Below the pieces are notes generated by a model, which worked only from the letters and a program-made list of their open reading frames with translations, made no database searches and was not told where the DNA came from. The position numbers and the translations under genes were made by a program. Positions 25,950 to 40,128 of a stretch of DNA of 64,000 nucleotides are shown piece by piece. This DNA is from Eledone cirrhosa (taxonomy: Eukaryota), in the NCBI GenBank assembly GCA_964016885.1, contig OZ024743.1, positions 203,918,001-203,982,000 on the forward strand. Direction: 5' to 3'. Positions within the stretch are counted from its first letter, which is position 1. Each line of letters starts with the position of its first letter.

Positions 25950-27700
25950 GTGTGTGTGCGTGTGTGTTGCGTATATGTTTGTATATATGTATATATATAC
26001 ATATATGTGTGTGTGTGTGTGTATGTATATATGTGTATGTATATATGTATGTATGTATGTTTATATTTATCTGTATGTATATCTATATGTATATATATGT
26101 GTATATTATATGCTTCTGTTGTATCTGTGCGTGTGTGTATATATATATATGTATATATGTGTGTGTATGTATGTGTGTAAATATAGATTTAATGTGTGAG
26201 TGGGCGTGTGTATATTTGTGCGTGTATATGTATTTTTTATATGTTTTTTTGTGTATATATATAATAGCCTCAGAAACGGCTTGAGCTCTGCCGTGGGGTC
26301 AAACCTTTTCATATGTGTGTGTATATATATACGTATATGTATGTATGTGTGTGTATGTGTGTGTATTTCTGTGGTTGTGTTTGTGTGTGTGTATGTATAT
26401 ATATGTATATGTATGTATATGTATGTGTGTATGTATATGCATAATTACATACAGTGATTTAATGCTTATTTTCATTGATCATTTGCTCCAGGAACTTGTT
26501 GAGTGCTCTAAATCAGCTATAAATATTTATACCCTTTTCTAATTATTTTTTTATTTACTATTTGTCGTATTCCCAACTTTTTATTTTTATATATACAATA
26601 TTTAGGTTTTTTATATATATGATATTTATGTTTTTTCTTATATATATATATAATTATATGTGTGTGTGCGTGTGTATGTATGTGTGCATGCGTATGTGTA
26701 TATATATGTGTGTGTGGGTATGTATATATATAAATATATGTGTAGATGTATATATGTGTGTATATATATATATTTTAGAGTTAAACAAGGTTCATATGAA
26801 TACATCTAAGAATGAGTTTACACACATACATATGTGTGTGTTTGTATTTGTATGTATGTGTTTGAGATATGTATGTATATGTATGTGTATGTATGTATGG
26901 ATATGTATGTATATATATATATATGTATGTGCGTGTATATATGTATATGTATGTGTGTGTGTTTGTATATGTGTATGCGTATGTATGTGTATATGTATTT
27001 GTATATGTATGTGTATGTGTGAGAGTGTGTGTATGTATTTACTTTTACGTATGTATGCGTACGTGAAATTGTGTGTATGTATTTATTTTTACGTATGTAT
27101 GTGTACGTGCAATTGTGTGTATTGCTTACCAAGTGTGTTTGTTCATTTATTTGTTGCCTGTATCGCTGTCAACACTATAATAATCTTTATATTCATTTTT
27201 ATTCTCATGTGACGGTATTTTTATTATTATATTTTTTCTTATAATTATTTGTGTGTGTGAGTATGTAGGTGTGTGTACATATTTCTATATTTGTGCATGC
27301 GTATGTATGCGTGTATATATATGTGTGTATGTATGTGTATGTATGTACGTGTGTATATGTGCATGATTGTGTGTATGTATGTATGTATGTATATGTATGT
27401 GTATATATAGGTATGTATATATGTGTATATATATATGTATGTGTGTGTATGTATGTATATATATATATATCCATGTATATGTGTGTGTGTGTGTGTGTGT
27501 GTATGCATGTTTGTGTAATTGTATGTATGTGTATGTATGGATATGTTGATAATCATGTGTGTATGTATGTATGTGTATGAGTATGTGTATGTATATATAT
27601 ACACATATATATATGTGTGTGTGTGTGTATATGTGTGTGTATGTATATATATATATGTGTATGTATATAATTGTGTGTGTGTGTGTGTTTGCATGTGTGT
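25950..27700. repeat. Complex (TG)/(TA)/(TATG) low-complexity region
   Basis: Directly visible. Confidence 0.95.
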
Positions 27701-27981
27701 TTATTTTTCCTTTCCTTCTTCCTTTTCCAGCCTCACTTTCATATAGATTATGTTTTTGTTTTTAAAATCCAATGCCTATAAATACACCAGGATGTTTTCA
27801 TTGTGATGATTGAAAGCAAAATTTGTTTGCTTTTAAGAAACCACTGGTAAATGCAATAATTGCCTTATGTTGTTAATTACATAACTACTAAGCTCTGTTA
27901 CCTACATAGAGCACTCTTTTTTCCTGGACTTTTCCGACGGAATTACTTCATTTATACATATATATATATATATATATATAA

Positions 27982-28017
<36 letters not shown>

Positions 28018-28041
28018 TTATATATATATATATACATATAC

Positions 28042-28130
<89 letters not shown>

Positions 28131-28139
28131 CATTTATAA

Positions 28140-30460
28140 AATATAAAATATAAAATATAAAATATAGAAGTATGAAAGTTATGTTCAAATCATTTAAACG
28201 CTGACAATTGTTTCTTCCAAACTTTAGTTTGGAATCATCGGTGCATTATCAATGTTTGTACATATAAATAACCTCCTATTCAACTGAAGAATCACATAGA
28301 TACATATATATTGATGTTGTGAACAACAGTTTAGTATATACAGGGTCTAATGGATGCGACATATATTATACGAGAATTGTACAATAATTCAAATTAAGAT
28401 TAAAATTAAAATTAAAATTAAAATTAAAAGCACAGAGTGGAATACATGCGACAGATAATACAAGAGAATAGTCTAATAAATAAAGAGGCATTGGGGAAGC
28501 GTGTAGAGATTGTACATGCGTTAGTCATATATATGGAAAGGAAACAGGCAAATGTATTAGGCATATATGAGTACAGTATGGCAAGGTATTACATAAAATA
28601 CAAGCACTTTAAGCGAATATGTTAGTGTATTATGGAGGATGTAATGCGAGGATAGTTTTTGTATAGTTCAAATATGTATGTGTGTAGAATATGAAAGTTA
28701 CGGATTTCCCATCCATTACATATGTTAAGTTATATTTTAGTTAATGTTTGTATTGAATGTTTTTAGTTAGTTATAGTAACTTAGTATTATTGTATTCATA
28801 TTCATGGATTAGAGTTGTTCTACAGCAAGAGTTTTCAACGGTTTAATATTCGGAAGTGGGTATGGAATTAAGGGGAGCTAATGTGTAAGGGGGGTTACTA
28901 GCTCATTATAATATTAAAATTATTTGCTCTAATAGACATTATATACTGCCACAATTGAAACCCTTATACAAAATGTTATATATTTATATTTAATTTTAAA
29001 TACAGTCTACTCTCTCATAAGATATTAAATGTTTCATAAGATTGCTATCTACCCAATATTAGGCAAGATATGGAATAATGTATAGCTGTTTACATGTTAA
29101 ATTAGATACAGCCCTTATGTTAATAAATTAATCCTGTATATACAATGTTATTAATATATACATTTTATTATAAATGTATATATAATTCATTGTCACATAT
29201 TACATTTAATGTCTATACATATTATATTATATTTCAATTACTGTATATCTTATAAGTAATCTAAAGTATTTATATTATAAGGTGGTGACTAGATGTTTAT
29301 TTCTAGAGTATAATGTTAGAGATAAATAGGATTTGTGTAGAGGAAAGAGCAGATCAAAGAGTGTGATGCTGTCGGGGAAGGTTTAAAGCTATCCAATGAG
29401 TGTCGGTAGCGTTGTTGGCACGAGGAAAACATCTCTGACTTTTTATTTAGGAGGGTTAGTTTCGAAAAGATTGTGTTTTTTGAAAGAATGGATGTGCGAG
29501 TTGTATCTCGTCTTGAAGCAGTTCGAAGTAGAGCCAATATATGTTTTAGAAGAGTTGTTTGTGTTGACCGTGCAGGAGTAAATGATGTCTTTGATTAAGC
29601 AATTATTACTTAATGGGCAAGTTCTATTTGATCTACAGTTACATTTATTTTGGATGTTATCTTGCCGGTTATTATGTTGTGTAGAAGTCTGGTTGTTATG
29701 GATAGCATTAGGGTTGTCGTTCCTATTGTTATTGATTTCATTAGTGTTATTACTATTATTACTATTGCTACTAGGGTTTGTAGTTATTATGTTGTTCTAT
29801 AAGTTTACCTCCTGCTGTGTTTTAATTAGTTGGAGATAATTATTAATCTTCCTTTTATTACTACTAGCTATATGGTATGCTATGTTAGGTGTGGTAGAGT
29901 AAGAGATTTTAATGGTGTTTTTATTTATAAGATTTTGGTATTTGTGGCCAGATGGGAATTTTTTTTCTAGGATTGAGAAGAAAGCCTTAGTTAAGTTGGT
30001 AGAGACGGTTGAAGAATGTATTAGTTCTTCTATTTTTGTTTTTTGTAATATCTATTGAAGTATTTCTGTTTATAATATTATTGTGGTGTTTACGTTGGTG
30101 CGAGTTAAGTTTGATCTTACCCTTCGTATAAGAGTAAGATTGGCTAGTACTCTTATTATTTTTCCTCATGGCCATATTGTGAGAAATGATGCTGTAACTA
30201 TGTGATTTTATAGGTAGGAATTCAATCCCATTTTTCTGGCCTGATTTAGCTAATGTTTGATTATAGTATTGGTAATTATTATTAAATATGGTTTCGTTAT
30301 ATGATAGATTAGAGATTCTATTAGATATTCCTTTAGTGATTGAGTTTAATATGGATTTAGGGTGGTTAGACTTGGTATCCACATAAATTAGTTTTTCGTT
30401 AGGTTTATGAAAGGGTGTATATATTTTAGAGTCTAGGTAAACGGTAGCATCAAGGAATAT
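28140..30460 (-). mobile_element. Penelope-like (Naiad-type) element, 5'-truncated, with 3' pLTR
   Basis: [56 protein letters not shown]-like KTYIGSTSNCFKTRY. Both ends abut (TA)n. Confidence 0.85.
28198..28245 (-). ncRNA. Hammerhead ribozyme in Penelope pLTR with core substitution (CCGAUGA)
   Basis: Minus strand: tgca CCGATGA ttccaaac-taaa-gtttggaa GAAA caattg TC agcg. Confidence 0.7.
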
Positions 30461-30499
30461 ACATTTATATATTTATATATATATATATATAATATATAC

Positions 30500-30593
<94 letters not shown>

Positions 30594-30711
30594 TTATTTA
30601 TATATAAAGTTGTGAAGTTGGACAAAATACTGCATGATTCTCTTGCATTCAAACATAAACAATCCCCTATTAAATATTATTATGATATTGAAATATGTTG
30701 GCTTTACGTAC

Positions 30712-30859
30712 GGACATTTCTCTTTGAGGAATTCATCACTATCCCCTTCCTTAGATATCACCAGCTGCCTTATGGAATGGAAACTGCTAGCGAGAGTTTC
30801 TAACTGAACATGTACCTTTTTTATATTTTCTGTGTAACATCGGAGACCGGATAATACGA
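30712..30859 (-). CDS. Host gene 1, exon C (148 bp, phase 1 to 2)
   Basis: ttctatttcag|TC...TGTCC|gtacgt. Reads (V)[48 protein letters not shown](P). Same length and phase as 50593-50740. Confidence 0.88.
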
Positions 30860-30915
30860 CTGAAATAGAATTATCCAAAATTAAGATCTAAGCAATTATT
30901 TTGCAACAATTTCTT

Positions 30916-31004
30916 CGTGTGTGTGTGTGTATGTGTGTGTGCGTGTGTGTTTGTATGCGTATGCATGTATGTGTGGTGTTTGTGTGTGAATGTGTGTGTA
31001 TGTG

Positions 31005-31061
<57 letters not shown>

Positions 31062-31071
31062 GTGTGTGCGC

Positions 31072-31156
<85 letters not shown>
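30916..31156. repeat. (TG)n microsatellite
   Basis: Directly visible. Confidence 0.97.
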
Positions 31157-31158
<2 letters not shown>

Positions 31159-31214
31159 CCAGCAGAGATGTTGAATGAATGAGATTATGTCTACAGCTGA
31201 GACCCTCATTACTA

Positions 31215-32050
31215 TGTCATAAAGGTATGGAATTAATGTATATGTGTCAAAATTGTAAGGATGCTAACGTCTTCTCTATCTACAAAAAGAGAGATAAATC
31301 AATTTGTTTTAATACAAGGGTACATCACTCCTGTCCGCTGCTTTGAAGAATCCGTAGAGGTGATGCTCAAATGATTAATTCATCAACGAGAGAACAACAC
31401 ACCAATCCTAAGGTGTGGCTTTTGCAAAAAAAACAAAGTAAAAAGAATATGAAATTTAGATCCCCAACCTCTAAATCAGAATGTGTGTGATTCGAGTTAC
31501 TGGAGAGGAACAAAGGTTTGAGCACTTCCATCTAGACACAAGAGTCAAGAAACTGCCTCTTGTTCTATTTAATATCACCGTAATTTTTATGATCACACTG
31601 TTTACACGGAAGAACAAAAAGGGAGGTGGAAGTACCATTAACTTTCCGACACCACAAGAGTATTTTCAATACCAAAAGGTTGTAAGTCCTAGCACAAATC
31701 GGAACAAATCATTGAACAGCAGTCTGTGCTCCGATTTCTCACAATCTAAAATGTGTGGGGGACGCAATTTTGACAGTCGTTCCAGATTATAAAAAAATGC
31801 ACATGTCGATTAACGTCCAGGAAACTGAGGTCATCTATCAATGGGGCCGCAATGCACTTTATGTTCAGCACTTCCTCAGTATAACAGAAGCAATGGTTCA
31901 CACCCTTTCCAAATTAGATATATTGGCACTATTATTTCTAACAGCTGCACACGATACGCAAAAATTCTAAGCCGCCTAGGAAAGCTCAGAAATAGAGTGT
32001 TTCGAAACAAAAGATGAGGCTTGTTCGATTGGTCTGTCTGTTTAGTGTTA
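31215..32050 (+). mobile_element. Highly degenerate RTE/BovB-like RT fragment
   Basis: Remnants such as DANVFSIYKKRDKSIC, GTSLLSAA, FADDC-like ctccgatttc segment and DILALLFL/YLGSII-like region. Confidence 0.5.
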
Positions 32051-32714
32051 ACCTTGATAGGACACCATCTCTTGGTTCCGTGATATGAGACTGCGTTCGT
32101 ATTGTGATTGAAAAATACATTTGTTCTTAGGGAAAATCTGGCTTGTCGACGAAAATGAACTAACCACTATTTTCCGGGGGACTTTCGGTCGAGGGCCATG
32201 GATACCATCCTGAAATCCCAGGCAGGGCAGTACTACCGAGACAAACTTTACAGGCGGTTGGCAGTATCGGTAGAGGGTCGGACGCCAGGCTTTCCAGCAC
32301 CTTAGGACTGAGTTCAAGTCCCGCCGAGGTTAAATTTTCCTTTCATCCTTACGGGGTCGATAAAATAAAGCACCAGTAACGTACTGGGGTCGATTTAAAC
32401 GACTCCCCCACCCCTCCAAAAACATTACTGGCCTTGTGCCTATACTAGAAATCGTTATTAGGGTGGGGAATTGAGAAAAGCGTTTGCACATCGGATAGAT
32501 GTTTTGGAATATTTAGTTACGGCCCCCTTCGTTCTGAATTCAAATCCAACCAAAGTCAAATTTGCCTTTCATCCTTTCATTATGGCCTGAAGTCAATGTA
32601 ATCGACTTTCTCCTCCCCTCAAATTGTTGACATTGTGCCTAAATTAATATATCAATGTTGTTGATGATGGCTTAATCAAACAGATCTGTAGGACCACACT
32701 GAAATCATGAGACG

Positions 32715-33635
32715 TTAAGAGGCACTATTTCTTCACCCACTTATTCCTGAGGCAGGGTCCACAAACACTCCCTCCAGTGGGTCTTCTCAGCAGCAACGGT
32801 CTCCAACTGATCCAGCTCGATCCCCAAGCAAGACCATTTACATGTAGAGTGCACTGCGCAGGCTTCCTTGAGAAGACGAGCGTCACAGTTTTCGCAACAC
32901 TGATTTTCATTCCATCTATGCTGCACTCGGCATCAAACCTATTAAGTGCAAGTCGGAAATTACCTTCTGTCGAGTTAAGTAACACCATGTCCTCTGCAAA
33001 TTCCAGTCGACTGATTTTACACCCGATTTTACACTTCCAAACCAACTGCGCATGTCAATCCTGATCATGTAAATAATGAATAGATGTGACAGTACGCACC
33101 CTTGGTGGAGTCAGACTCCCACATTGAATGGTTTCGATTTAGCACCATTTATCCGAACACAAATACTTGGGCATTCGCATAGAGACATTAGGCAGCAAGG
33201 AGCAGACCATCGCTCCCATATTCCTGCAGAACAATCCACGGCAGATCCCGAGGGACGCGGTCATATGTCTTTTCAAGGTGACAAAATAAGAATATACCTC
33301 TTGGCAATACTCCCACGATTTCTCGAAGACCTACTGCAGTGTGAATTTTTGGTCGGCTGTGCTGTGTCCATGGCGAAAACAACACTGTTCATCAGCTAGC
33401 TTGGACTCGATAGTCTCTCTGCATCTCTTTGCCTGACACTCAGCATCGACTTTACCGGGGAGGCTTAACAAGGAGATCCCTCTTAAATTGGAACAATCTC
33501 TTGTCTCCCTTTTTAAAAATTGGGAATATTACTCGAGATTGCCATTGTTTAGGTGCCTTATCAGAGATCCAGGCCACCCGGCACACACGGGTCAGCCTGA
33601 GAATAAATTCTCTATTTCAGGCGTTTAACAATTGA
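32715..33635 (-). mobile_element. Degenerate RTE-clade LINE fragment including 3' end
   Basis: LTRVCRVAW, GISLLSLPGKV, CHLEKTYDRVPR, GVxLHQGCVLS, FAEDMVLL, GMKISVAKT. Confidence 0.8.
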
Positions 33636-33819
33636 ATATTTAGAAATCATACGAAACACCAACGATTTCCTCGTTTCTATAACATGTATCTAGCCGAATC
33701 AAATTAGCAAAGACTATCTATCGTCAATCCACACGAATTCATAGTTTTTAATTTTACATATATTAAATTATGATATCATTCGTTAGCATTTACAGTGATG
33801 TTATTCTGAGAGCGTGGGT

Positions 33820-34170
33820 ACAGCATGGCCGAGTAGTTAAGAAGTTCGGTTCACAATCATTACGTTCCGGGTTCGATCACACGGCGTGCCATCTTGAGCA
33901 AGCCTAATTTTCTATAGCCACAAGTTAATCCAATCCTTAAGAGTAGAATTGAGAAGGAGAAACCTACTTGGAATCTCGTCAGATGGACTGCATCCGCATT
34001 TCAAAGGGCCAGCTTTTTTCGCATTGTCCCGCGCTAAATCTCCCTAGAATTACGTTAACTTCCCGGACATGCTGTTCCTTTGATCGAGCAGCAAGAACAC
34101 TCATCGACGAAATAGACGGAGGTTCATTCGCTTCCATTTTAAGAGCAGCGCTTATGAGAGTTTACGAACC
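33820..34170 (+). mobile_element. Second tRNA-derived SINE family
   Basis: A box tggccgagtagtta, B box ggttcgatc, then cttgagcaag. Related copies at about 36077-36270(+), 58008-58160(+) and 63128-63345(-). Confidence 0.7.
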
Positions 34171-34239
34171 GCGACAAAATCTTTTCTTAGTAAAATACCC
34201 AGCATTTCCCCAGAACAAAAGAAAAATCTATATGTTTAC

Positions 34240-34391
34240 CTTCCTTGTGTTTACATAGTTCATTGTTAATGTCATCAAATATATTGAGATTTATTCCATT
34301 AAGAAATGTCGTCTCAGAAAAATTTGTGCATGCTTTCATTACATTGCGTTGGCAATCAAGAACCCTTTGTTTGTTGTGAGTTTGGTTGGCA
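34240..34391 (-). CDS. Host gene 1, exon B (152 bp, phase 2 to 1)
   Basis: tttgtttctag|T...GAAG|gtaaac. Reads (S)ANQTHNKQRVLDCQRNVMKACTNFSETTFLNGINLNIFDDINNELCKHKE. Shares GINLN and 3 Cys with 59617-59759. Confidence 0.88.
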
Positions 34392-35710
34392 CTAGAAACA
34401 AAAACAAAGTTAGACAGATATACACATGGCTTTACATGATTTTGGTTTTAGTATAATTCATACATGATGTATGTTAGTAGCCTATTGTGTAGTGTATAAA
34501 GTAAAACACCGAAGGAAACACTAATCAAATTGATTGAATATTATGGATATATATATATATATATATATATATATCAATAATATTAATAAATGGAAACTAT
34601 CTTTATAAAACCATATTTATTTTATTATATATATTTCAAGGGTACCAACATTTTTGGTACGCCCTCATCAGATAAAATACAAAAGTTGTTTTACAGATAG
34701 TGACATATTCAAAACTAGAACTTGGCGTTTTCAGTTCTGTTTGAATAGTGAAGGAGAACTTCGAATCATAGAATGAATATGCTAATGAGGATAACTTTAA
34801 AATTGAAAAAGATCGTTATGTTTAGACGCTAGGTAAATTTAAATAATTATTAGGATTATTTTTTAAAGGAAGAGGAAATAGAGGTTATTCCCGCCGAGGT
34901 TAACTTTGCCTTTCATCCTTATGGGGTTGATAAAATAAAGTACCAGTAATGCACTGGGTATTTGCTGGCCTTGTGCCAAAAAGTAGAAACAATTATTAGG
35001 GTGGAAGAAATTTAAGGAAAGAATATAAGAAAAATATATATATTATAGTTAATAATAGACTATTATATGAATATGTTATATACATATATTCATATTAATA
35101 GTCTATAATAATAGGCTATTAATATGAAAATATGTATATAATATATTCATATTAATAGTCTATTATTAACTATAATATATATTTTTCAAACAGAACTGAA
35201 AACGGTAAGTTCTAGTTTTGAATATGTCACTATCTGTATATGTCACTATCTAATTTGTATTAACTTTTTTTCATTTCATTTACGTTTACCTACACATATT
35301 TGTGTGTTGTATTCGTTTATTGCAATTTTCCTGTTCCATATCGGTATGCAGATATTTCTTCATCTTTATTTGTCCAACGTCCTTTGTGTTTTCATCCCGA
35401 ATAGATATCTTCCTTCAGATACTATTGATGCACTGGTGGTGAATATTCCTGTCTTTGGTATTATTCGAAATCCGAATGATCCGCAGAGCAGGAATCGTTT
35501 TCTGTGAATTTCGGTGATTTGAAATTCGAGAATGTGGGAATCACAAACACGAAAATACCTCTAGAGGACCAGCCATCACTATGGAGAATCGAGCTCCTTA
35601 TCTCTCGAGATTTGTCTGCAATTTCTGCAAAATAACAGTGATATTCTACCATATCTGCCAATTTTCTAGACTTCATAGGTTATAAGTTAGTGGCAAATAT
35701 ATCAGCTTAC

Positions 35711-35846
35711 CTGCAAATGATACCAAGTGTCTTGGATAAGACGGTAAAATTAGACGAATTTTCAAAGTAAGTGATGCAACCGATATAGTCTTTCTCCGCT
35801 TGAATCTCACACCCATAGCTTGTTGGCGTACACAGCAATGCAGTAA
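35711..35846 (-). CDS. Host gene 1, exon A (136 bp, phase 1 to 2): end of signal peptide plus first Cys of mature protein
   Basis: tttgtattccag|TT...TGCAG|gtaagc. Reads xTALLCTPTSYG-CEIQAEKDYIGCITYFENSSNFTVLSKTLGIIC. Same length and phase as 62686-62821. The start-codon exon was not located. Confidence 0.87.
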
Positions 35847-37885
35847 CTGGAATACAAAAATGTTTAAACAATTACACAAATTATTTATTATATCTCGTAT
35901 TTCTGTATATACAGGATGTCCCCAAAAAATGTATACATGCTTTGATTCTCTGTAGAGTGTATATAATAAGAACAAAGTGGAGGTGTTACATATGAGACTC
36001 ATTGTTCAACCCGACTACAAATGTTTCTCAGGCAGCCGGCTCGTAATATAAATATTATATGAAGGCGCTTCGCTGACCGGGCGATGCGTTATGTCCTTGT
36101 TGAGCAAGACACTTTATTTCACGTTGTTCCTTCTGCGTGGAGTTGCGACCGACAAATAGTATTAGCAATTGGAAAGACCAATGGAAACATTGTTTACTCG
36201 GTCCGATTTAACGATCTCCACTCCACTCGTTAAGTGAATGATGATCTTGTCGATCGACTATCGATATATATTATGTATGTTGAGTGGAAGTTCTTTTATA
36301 AGGTGGTGTTATAGACACACTAAACATGCAATTAATAAAGTACCTATACTACCCTGATTGTTCACTTGCTTGCTTTTTCTTACGAACAAGTCATTCTCAT
36401 ACAAAGTAAAGTCTTGAATGCTTCGTGAAATAGAACTACATATATTTATTCATGATTAACAGTCTTTTTTGTGTGTGTTTAAACCTTGTGATTTTCCCAT
36501 AGCTTGTAAAGCATTGAGAAGAAGCTAGAGGGAAAACGTTTCAGAGAAAAAAGTAACATAAGATAAGGAGAAACATGTTGGGAAAAGAGAGGAGGAAAAA
36601 GAAAATAAAGAAAGAAAGAAAAGAAAGAATGGTGAGAGAAGATTCGCAGTTAAATGAAGAGAGATACGTGTTTCTTGGGGAAAAGACACAGTGAAATTCA
36701 TGGCCTAAATAGTTATTTCAAAAGGATTTGGCTTTGAAAATGCTTTTATATGTAGAATCTGGCTGGCATTTAATAAGCGAAAGCGACACATTGAAGGTGA
36801 CGTGGTAGATACCCAGATAAACATCTGGTCATTGTTTGATTGAGTTGAATTTAAATGAAAGTAGGTTAAAGTATGGGATTGAATAGGGTTTCGTACAGAA
36901 CTTCTAGTAACACAAACGACGTTATTATTAAATTGATAAGTCATTAATTAAAAATTATTATTATACATTACTGTGACACAAACTGTATTACGGTAGTGGT
37001 ATGAAGGCTAAATCGGCCACTAATTACTTATGGAGACGTAGTGGCCCCGTTTTCTTGAGTAGTATAGTATTTGAACTCGGATACAGAGGAGCACAATATC
37101 TGACGTTCTAACGACTCTGCGAGTTCTCCGCCTATGGAGTATAAGAATAAGTGCTTCTACTTTTGGAGCAAGGCCAGCATTTTGAAGGGAAGGAACACTC
37201 CTATTAATTTGTACCCCAGTACGTTACTGGTACTTTATTTTATCGACCACGTAAGGATGAACGTCAAAGCTAACTTCGACGGGATTCCAACGCAGTACGT
37301 AAAGATATGTAACTATATGTTACGAGGCATGGTGTCCGATGCTCTGCCAATCCACCGCCCTAGAGAATATAAGAAGAATTGTTTCTACATTTGGCACAAG
37401 GCCAACAATTTGGAGGGAAGGGGGAAAGTCGACTAAATCGACTCCAGTGCGTTACTGGTACTTTATTTTATCGACGCCGTAAGGATGAAAGGCAAAGCTA
37501 ATCTCGGTGGGATTTTAAGTTAGAACGTAAAGGGTCATAACTAAATACTGCAAAGCATTTTGTCCGACGCTGTACCGATTCTGCCAATCCCCCGCCCTAG
37601 GAAATGTAAAAATAATAGGAAATGCACTAATTTTGGGGGTTGAGAGGTGTAAGAGATAAATACTTGAACACTTAACTTATCTCTACAAGCTGTAATCTGA
37701 ATGTATATTCATATGAATACTTAGGCATACGTAAAAGATGTCTGTCTGCGAAGTCGTGTGGTGTAGTGAATAGATATATTTCTGAAAGGAAATCATAATC
37801 AACCCTAGGTGGCCATCTTTATTTTTATTTTTATAATGACAGGCTGAATGAGTTGGGGTCCAGAACCCAATGAAACCTAAGTACC

Positions 37886-38310
37886 TGTAGCAAGAGTTGC
37901 CTCCCTTGTTGTGACGATCACATCACCAATAGATATAGGATCTCAAGTCGGAAGTCACAAAAAGGGTTCTGCCACCCCAACGGGAAGTAACTCCAGCTAC
38001 TTCCCGTCTAGAGAGCGTTAATCTATTGGTGATGTGATCGTCATAACAAGGGATGCAACTCTTGCTACATTATCCCGTTGGGGTGGCAAAGAGTAGAGAC
38101 TCGGCGAACGCGCCTGGCCGAAGGCCAGCAGCCGACAGGGCAAATGAGAGAGAGATCGCTCTGAGTATCCCTTGTATAGGGTCTCAAGACGGTAGTGACA
38201 AAAAGGGTTCTGCTACACCAACGGGAAGTAACTCCAGCTACTTCCTGTCTAGAGAACGTTAATCTATTGGTGATGTGATCGTCACAACAAGGGAGGTAAC
38301 TCTTGCTACA
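37886..38310. mobile_element. Rearranged LTR-derived insertion with the same LTR terminus at both ends and a TACC target duplication
   Basis: tacc|TGTAGCAAGAGTTGCC...AACTCTTGCTACA|tacc. Internal pieces match 40320-40543. Confidence 0.7.
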
Positions 38311-38440
38311 TACCTGTTTATGTCACTGTTGTAATTATTTATACTAAACTCGTCCTATGGACTGAGTGCTCTTACTCTTGGATATTTCTACCAAACTTTT
38401 ACTGCAGTGTATATATATATATTTATATATATACATACAC

Positions 38441-38493
<53 letters not shown>

Positions 38494-38675
38494 CTCCCCC
38501 TCCCCCTGACACACACATATAGTGTATGTATGTATACATATATAAATATATATACACTGCAGTAAAAGCATGTGTGTGTGCACCACCCCTCACGCCCTCA
38601 CATGCACACACACATATAGTGTATGTATATATATATATAAATATATATATATATACAGTTCAGTAAAAGCATATA

Positions 38676-38739
<64 letters not shown>

Positions 38740-38741
<2 letters not shown>

Positions 38742-39235
38742 GAGATAATGGCTGCATCTCGATTTCAAGAATTGCCACCTCACATACATAAGTGGCACGA
38801 ACATGACACTTTATGCCTGCCAAGGATTTAAATTCCTTTCTGAATATACTGCAGTGATGTGATGAACATTACTTTCTCTTTGGTTCACTGTTTTGTTTTG
38901 GTGAATTTTCAAATGACTTTGGGGTCCAGCGGCCGAGGCATATTGTTTTCCACACTTCCGACAGGAAGAAATACCAAAGAGACCATAATCGGCAACATTT
39001 TGTACATGGCTTCTATGATGACTTCTAAGACCATTTACACTCAAGTCTTCACATCTCGGTCGTCTCTCCTCCTCTCATCCCCTATGTTGTGTTCAACTAC
39101 CAAGAATCGCACTAACCATTCATTACGCTCAGGCCTTCCTCCCCAGAAAGCTGATCCTCTGGAATTCTCACTCTGCAACATGCCTTTCCTGCTATAGTCG
39201 ACCTACACCAATTTAAACTGAATATCAACATCAGT
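38740..39235 (-). mobile_element. RTE-clade 3' fragment with C2H2 finger
   Basis: ..GGRPERNEW..DERRRDDRDVK..CRKCGKQYASAAGPQSHLKIH, then an RTE-type tail into (CA)n. Confidence 0.65.
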
Positions 39236-40128
39236 CAAATCCACATGTCTAATTGAGCCAGCAAATAAAATAAAAACAACATACTAACACACACATGTTC
39301 ATTTTCGAAATTACTACACTGATTCATAGTCCCCTTAACTATCGTTATACTTTTAAACCCAACAAAGCCCCATACATCCCACATGTACCATTCCATTCTA
39401 AATACCATCGACTCAAACAAAGCTTTTAACTCTATTCCTCACTATATATTTACATAGTACTGGACTTCCTTATCAGTTAAATTAGCTAATTTGGGGCCAC
39501 GCACCGTCGGGAGACTCATTATATTTTTATTTTATCATCAGTTTATATTCTTTAACACTAAATCATAAAAATGTTATATACATATATTATTTATTATTCA
39601 TTATTAAAATAATCAAGGGCGGTGGATTGGCAGTATCGGTAGAGGGTCGGACGCCATGCTTTCCAGCATAGTCACAAAAGTAGAAACAATTATTAAAATA
39701 ATTGTTTATACTATTGGCACAAGGCCAGCAATTACCCAGTACATTACTGGTACTTTATTTTATCGACCCCGTAAGGATGAAAGGCAAAGTTAACCTCGGC
39801 GGGATTTGAACTCAGAATGGCAAGGGCCGTAACTCTATGCCTTCAAAGCATGGCGTCCGACCCTCTACTGATACTGCCAATTTATAATATAAATGATAAT
39901 CATGTCTAATTATTTTTAATTTTTTATCCGAATTGTTTTAGAGAAGGGCCTCAAATTTTATATAGCTTAGGATTTCAGCAGGTGAAAGTCCGGCCCTGTA
40001 TTTAAACACAAAATACTCAACACCTCCTTAAGAAAGCAACAACACATACCGCTGGCTAACACATTTTATAACAAGTCATCAAGCCTATGTAGTGAAAACA
40101 ATTAATACATCCAAAACTTGTTATATTC

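Noticed and set aside
23765-28129. Long YI/CV/HT-repeat ORFs (also 17502-17932, 19025-20077, 30871-31209, 63250-63645)
   Set aside because: They are translations of microsatellites, not genes.
35290-35625. Exon-like segment with acceptor and donor in the gene 1 intron
   Set aside because: Stops in all frames when joined, no counterpart in gene 2, and exons A and B already join in phase.
35990-36002. Candidate first coding exon for gene 1 (ATG AGT CTC ATA T|gtaaca)
   Set aside because: The phase fits, but the donor is weak and it lies beside a mariner-like TIR fragment (35910-35945). Not supportable without transcripts.
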